NCBI RefSeq assembly: GCF_009914755.1
Contig: NC_060926.1
Strand: one strand, 5' to 3'
From: the human T2T-CHM13v2.0 reference genome, Homo sapiens
DNA length: 64,000 bases
In this document: positions 63,363 to 64,000 of the stretch, piece after piece
Position numbering within the stretch: position 1 is the stretch's first letter
Layout of the letters: each line of letters opens with the position of its first letter
Notes under the pieces: generated by a model
Told to the model about the DNA's origin: nothing
The model's input: only the letters and a program-made list of their open reading frames with translations
The model's database searches: none
Program-made: the position numbers and the translations under genes

Positions 63363-64000
63363 GGATTGCTGGTTTATGGGACTCAGTTGCCTGAAGGCAA
63401 TTAGGAAAATGAGGAGGTTAGAATGAGATGAAGTAGGGCCCAAAGAAAGGCTTCTCTAGGTCTGAATTTCATTCAGATCCTCACATGAATATACATAAAT
63501 AATTTGGATTTGGAGAATTATAGCATCTTCCTGGGAAAAATTCTGCAACTCAAAGTTACCTTTATAGCTATTAAGTGACTGGAAGACATTACAGACTAAC
63601 AAGTGGCAGCTTTTTTATGGACAGTTACTGAGGAAACAGAAAACAGATCAAACAATAATTTCACACATCATAAATGACAAACCTATATATAAATGAGAAG
63701 TGAAGGGGCTCAAAGACAGGAATTTGTGGAAGTTGATGGGGAAAAGAAAAGCATCCTAGAAAGTCACAGACAGGGAACGTTATCAAAGCCATCTAGAAAC
63801 CAGGGAAAAAGAATTATGTTTATGTTTTAACAGAGACCTACAGCACCTCAATAAAGGAAAATGGTTATTGGAAATTTTTTCAGGCATTGGAGTAGATGCA
63901 GGAGTAACATTTTGGGACTCCCTGAGTTACACTCTATAGGAGCTGTCTACAGCTAAGGTTTGCACCTGCACAGTCTTAGATAGCTTCATTATACTAACAC

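Overview
AT-rich primate (most likely human) genomic DNA dominated by interspersed repeats, with no intact protein-coding gene, tRNA, rRNA or CRISPR. The only gene-derived sequence is a full-length, disabled processed pseudogene of EIF2S2 (eIF2-beta; minus strand, ~5067-6478) inserted with a 10-bp TSD into an L1 3' end. Much of the window is L1, mostly on the minus strand: a near-full-length L1MA at 11.9-19.2 kb, a 5.5-kb L1MA at 54.8-60.3 kb, three inverted (twin-primed-type) L1PA insertions, and several tail-less internal fragments. There are also five Alus, MaLR LTRs (MLT1F, MSTB, MSTA, MLT1E), ERV1 solo LTRs (MER52, MER50-like), and DNA transposon relics (MER58A, MER20, Tigger2a, MER44, Tigger4, MER1B, MADE1). 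The most unusual structure is a ~700-bp fold-back at 62.65-63.36 kb. There a MER1B hAT element has lost its right end and carries an inverted copy of its own left end plus ~100 bp of left flank, and a MADE1 later inserted into one arm only. Other oddities are an unexplained 34-bp-stem hairpin, a dispersed ~48-bp duplication, an AluY whose substitutions are almost all AT-to-GC, and a possible 48-nt exon. I found no evidence of a novel protein-coding system. Repeat subfamily names are from recalled consensus sequences and need RepeatMasker/Dfam confirmation; many boundaries are approximate.
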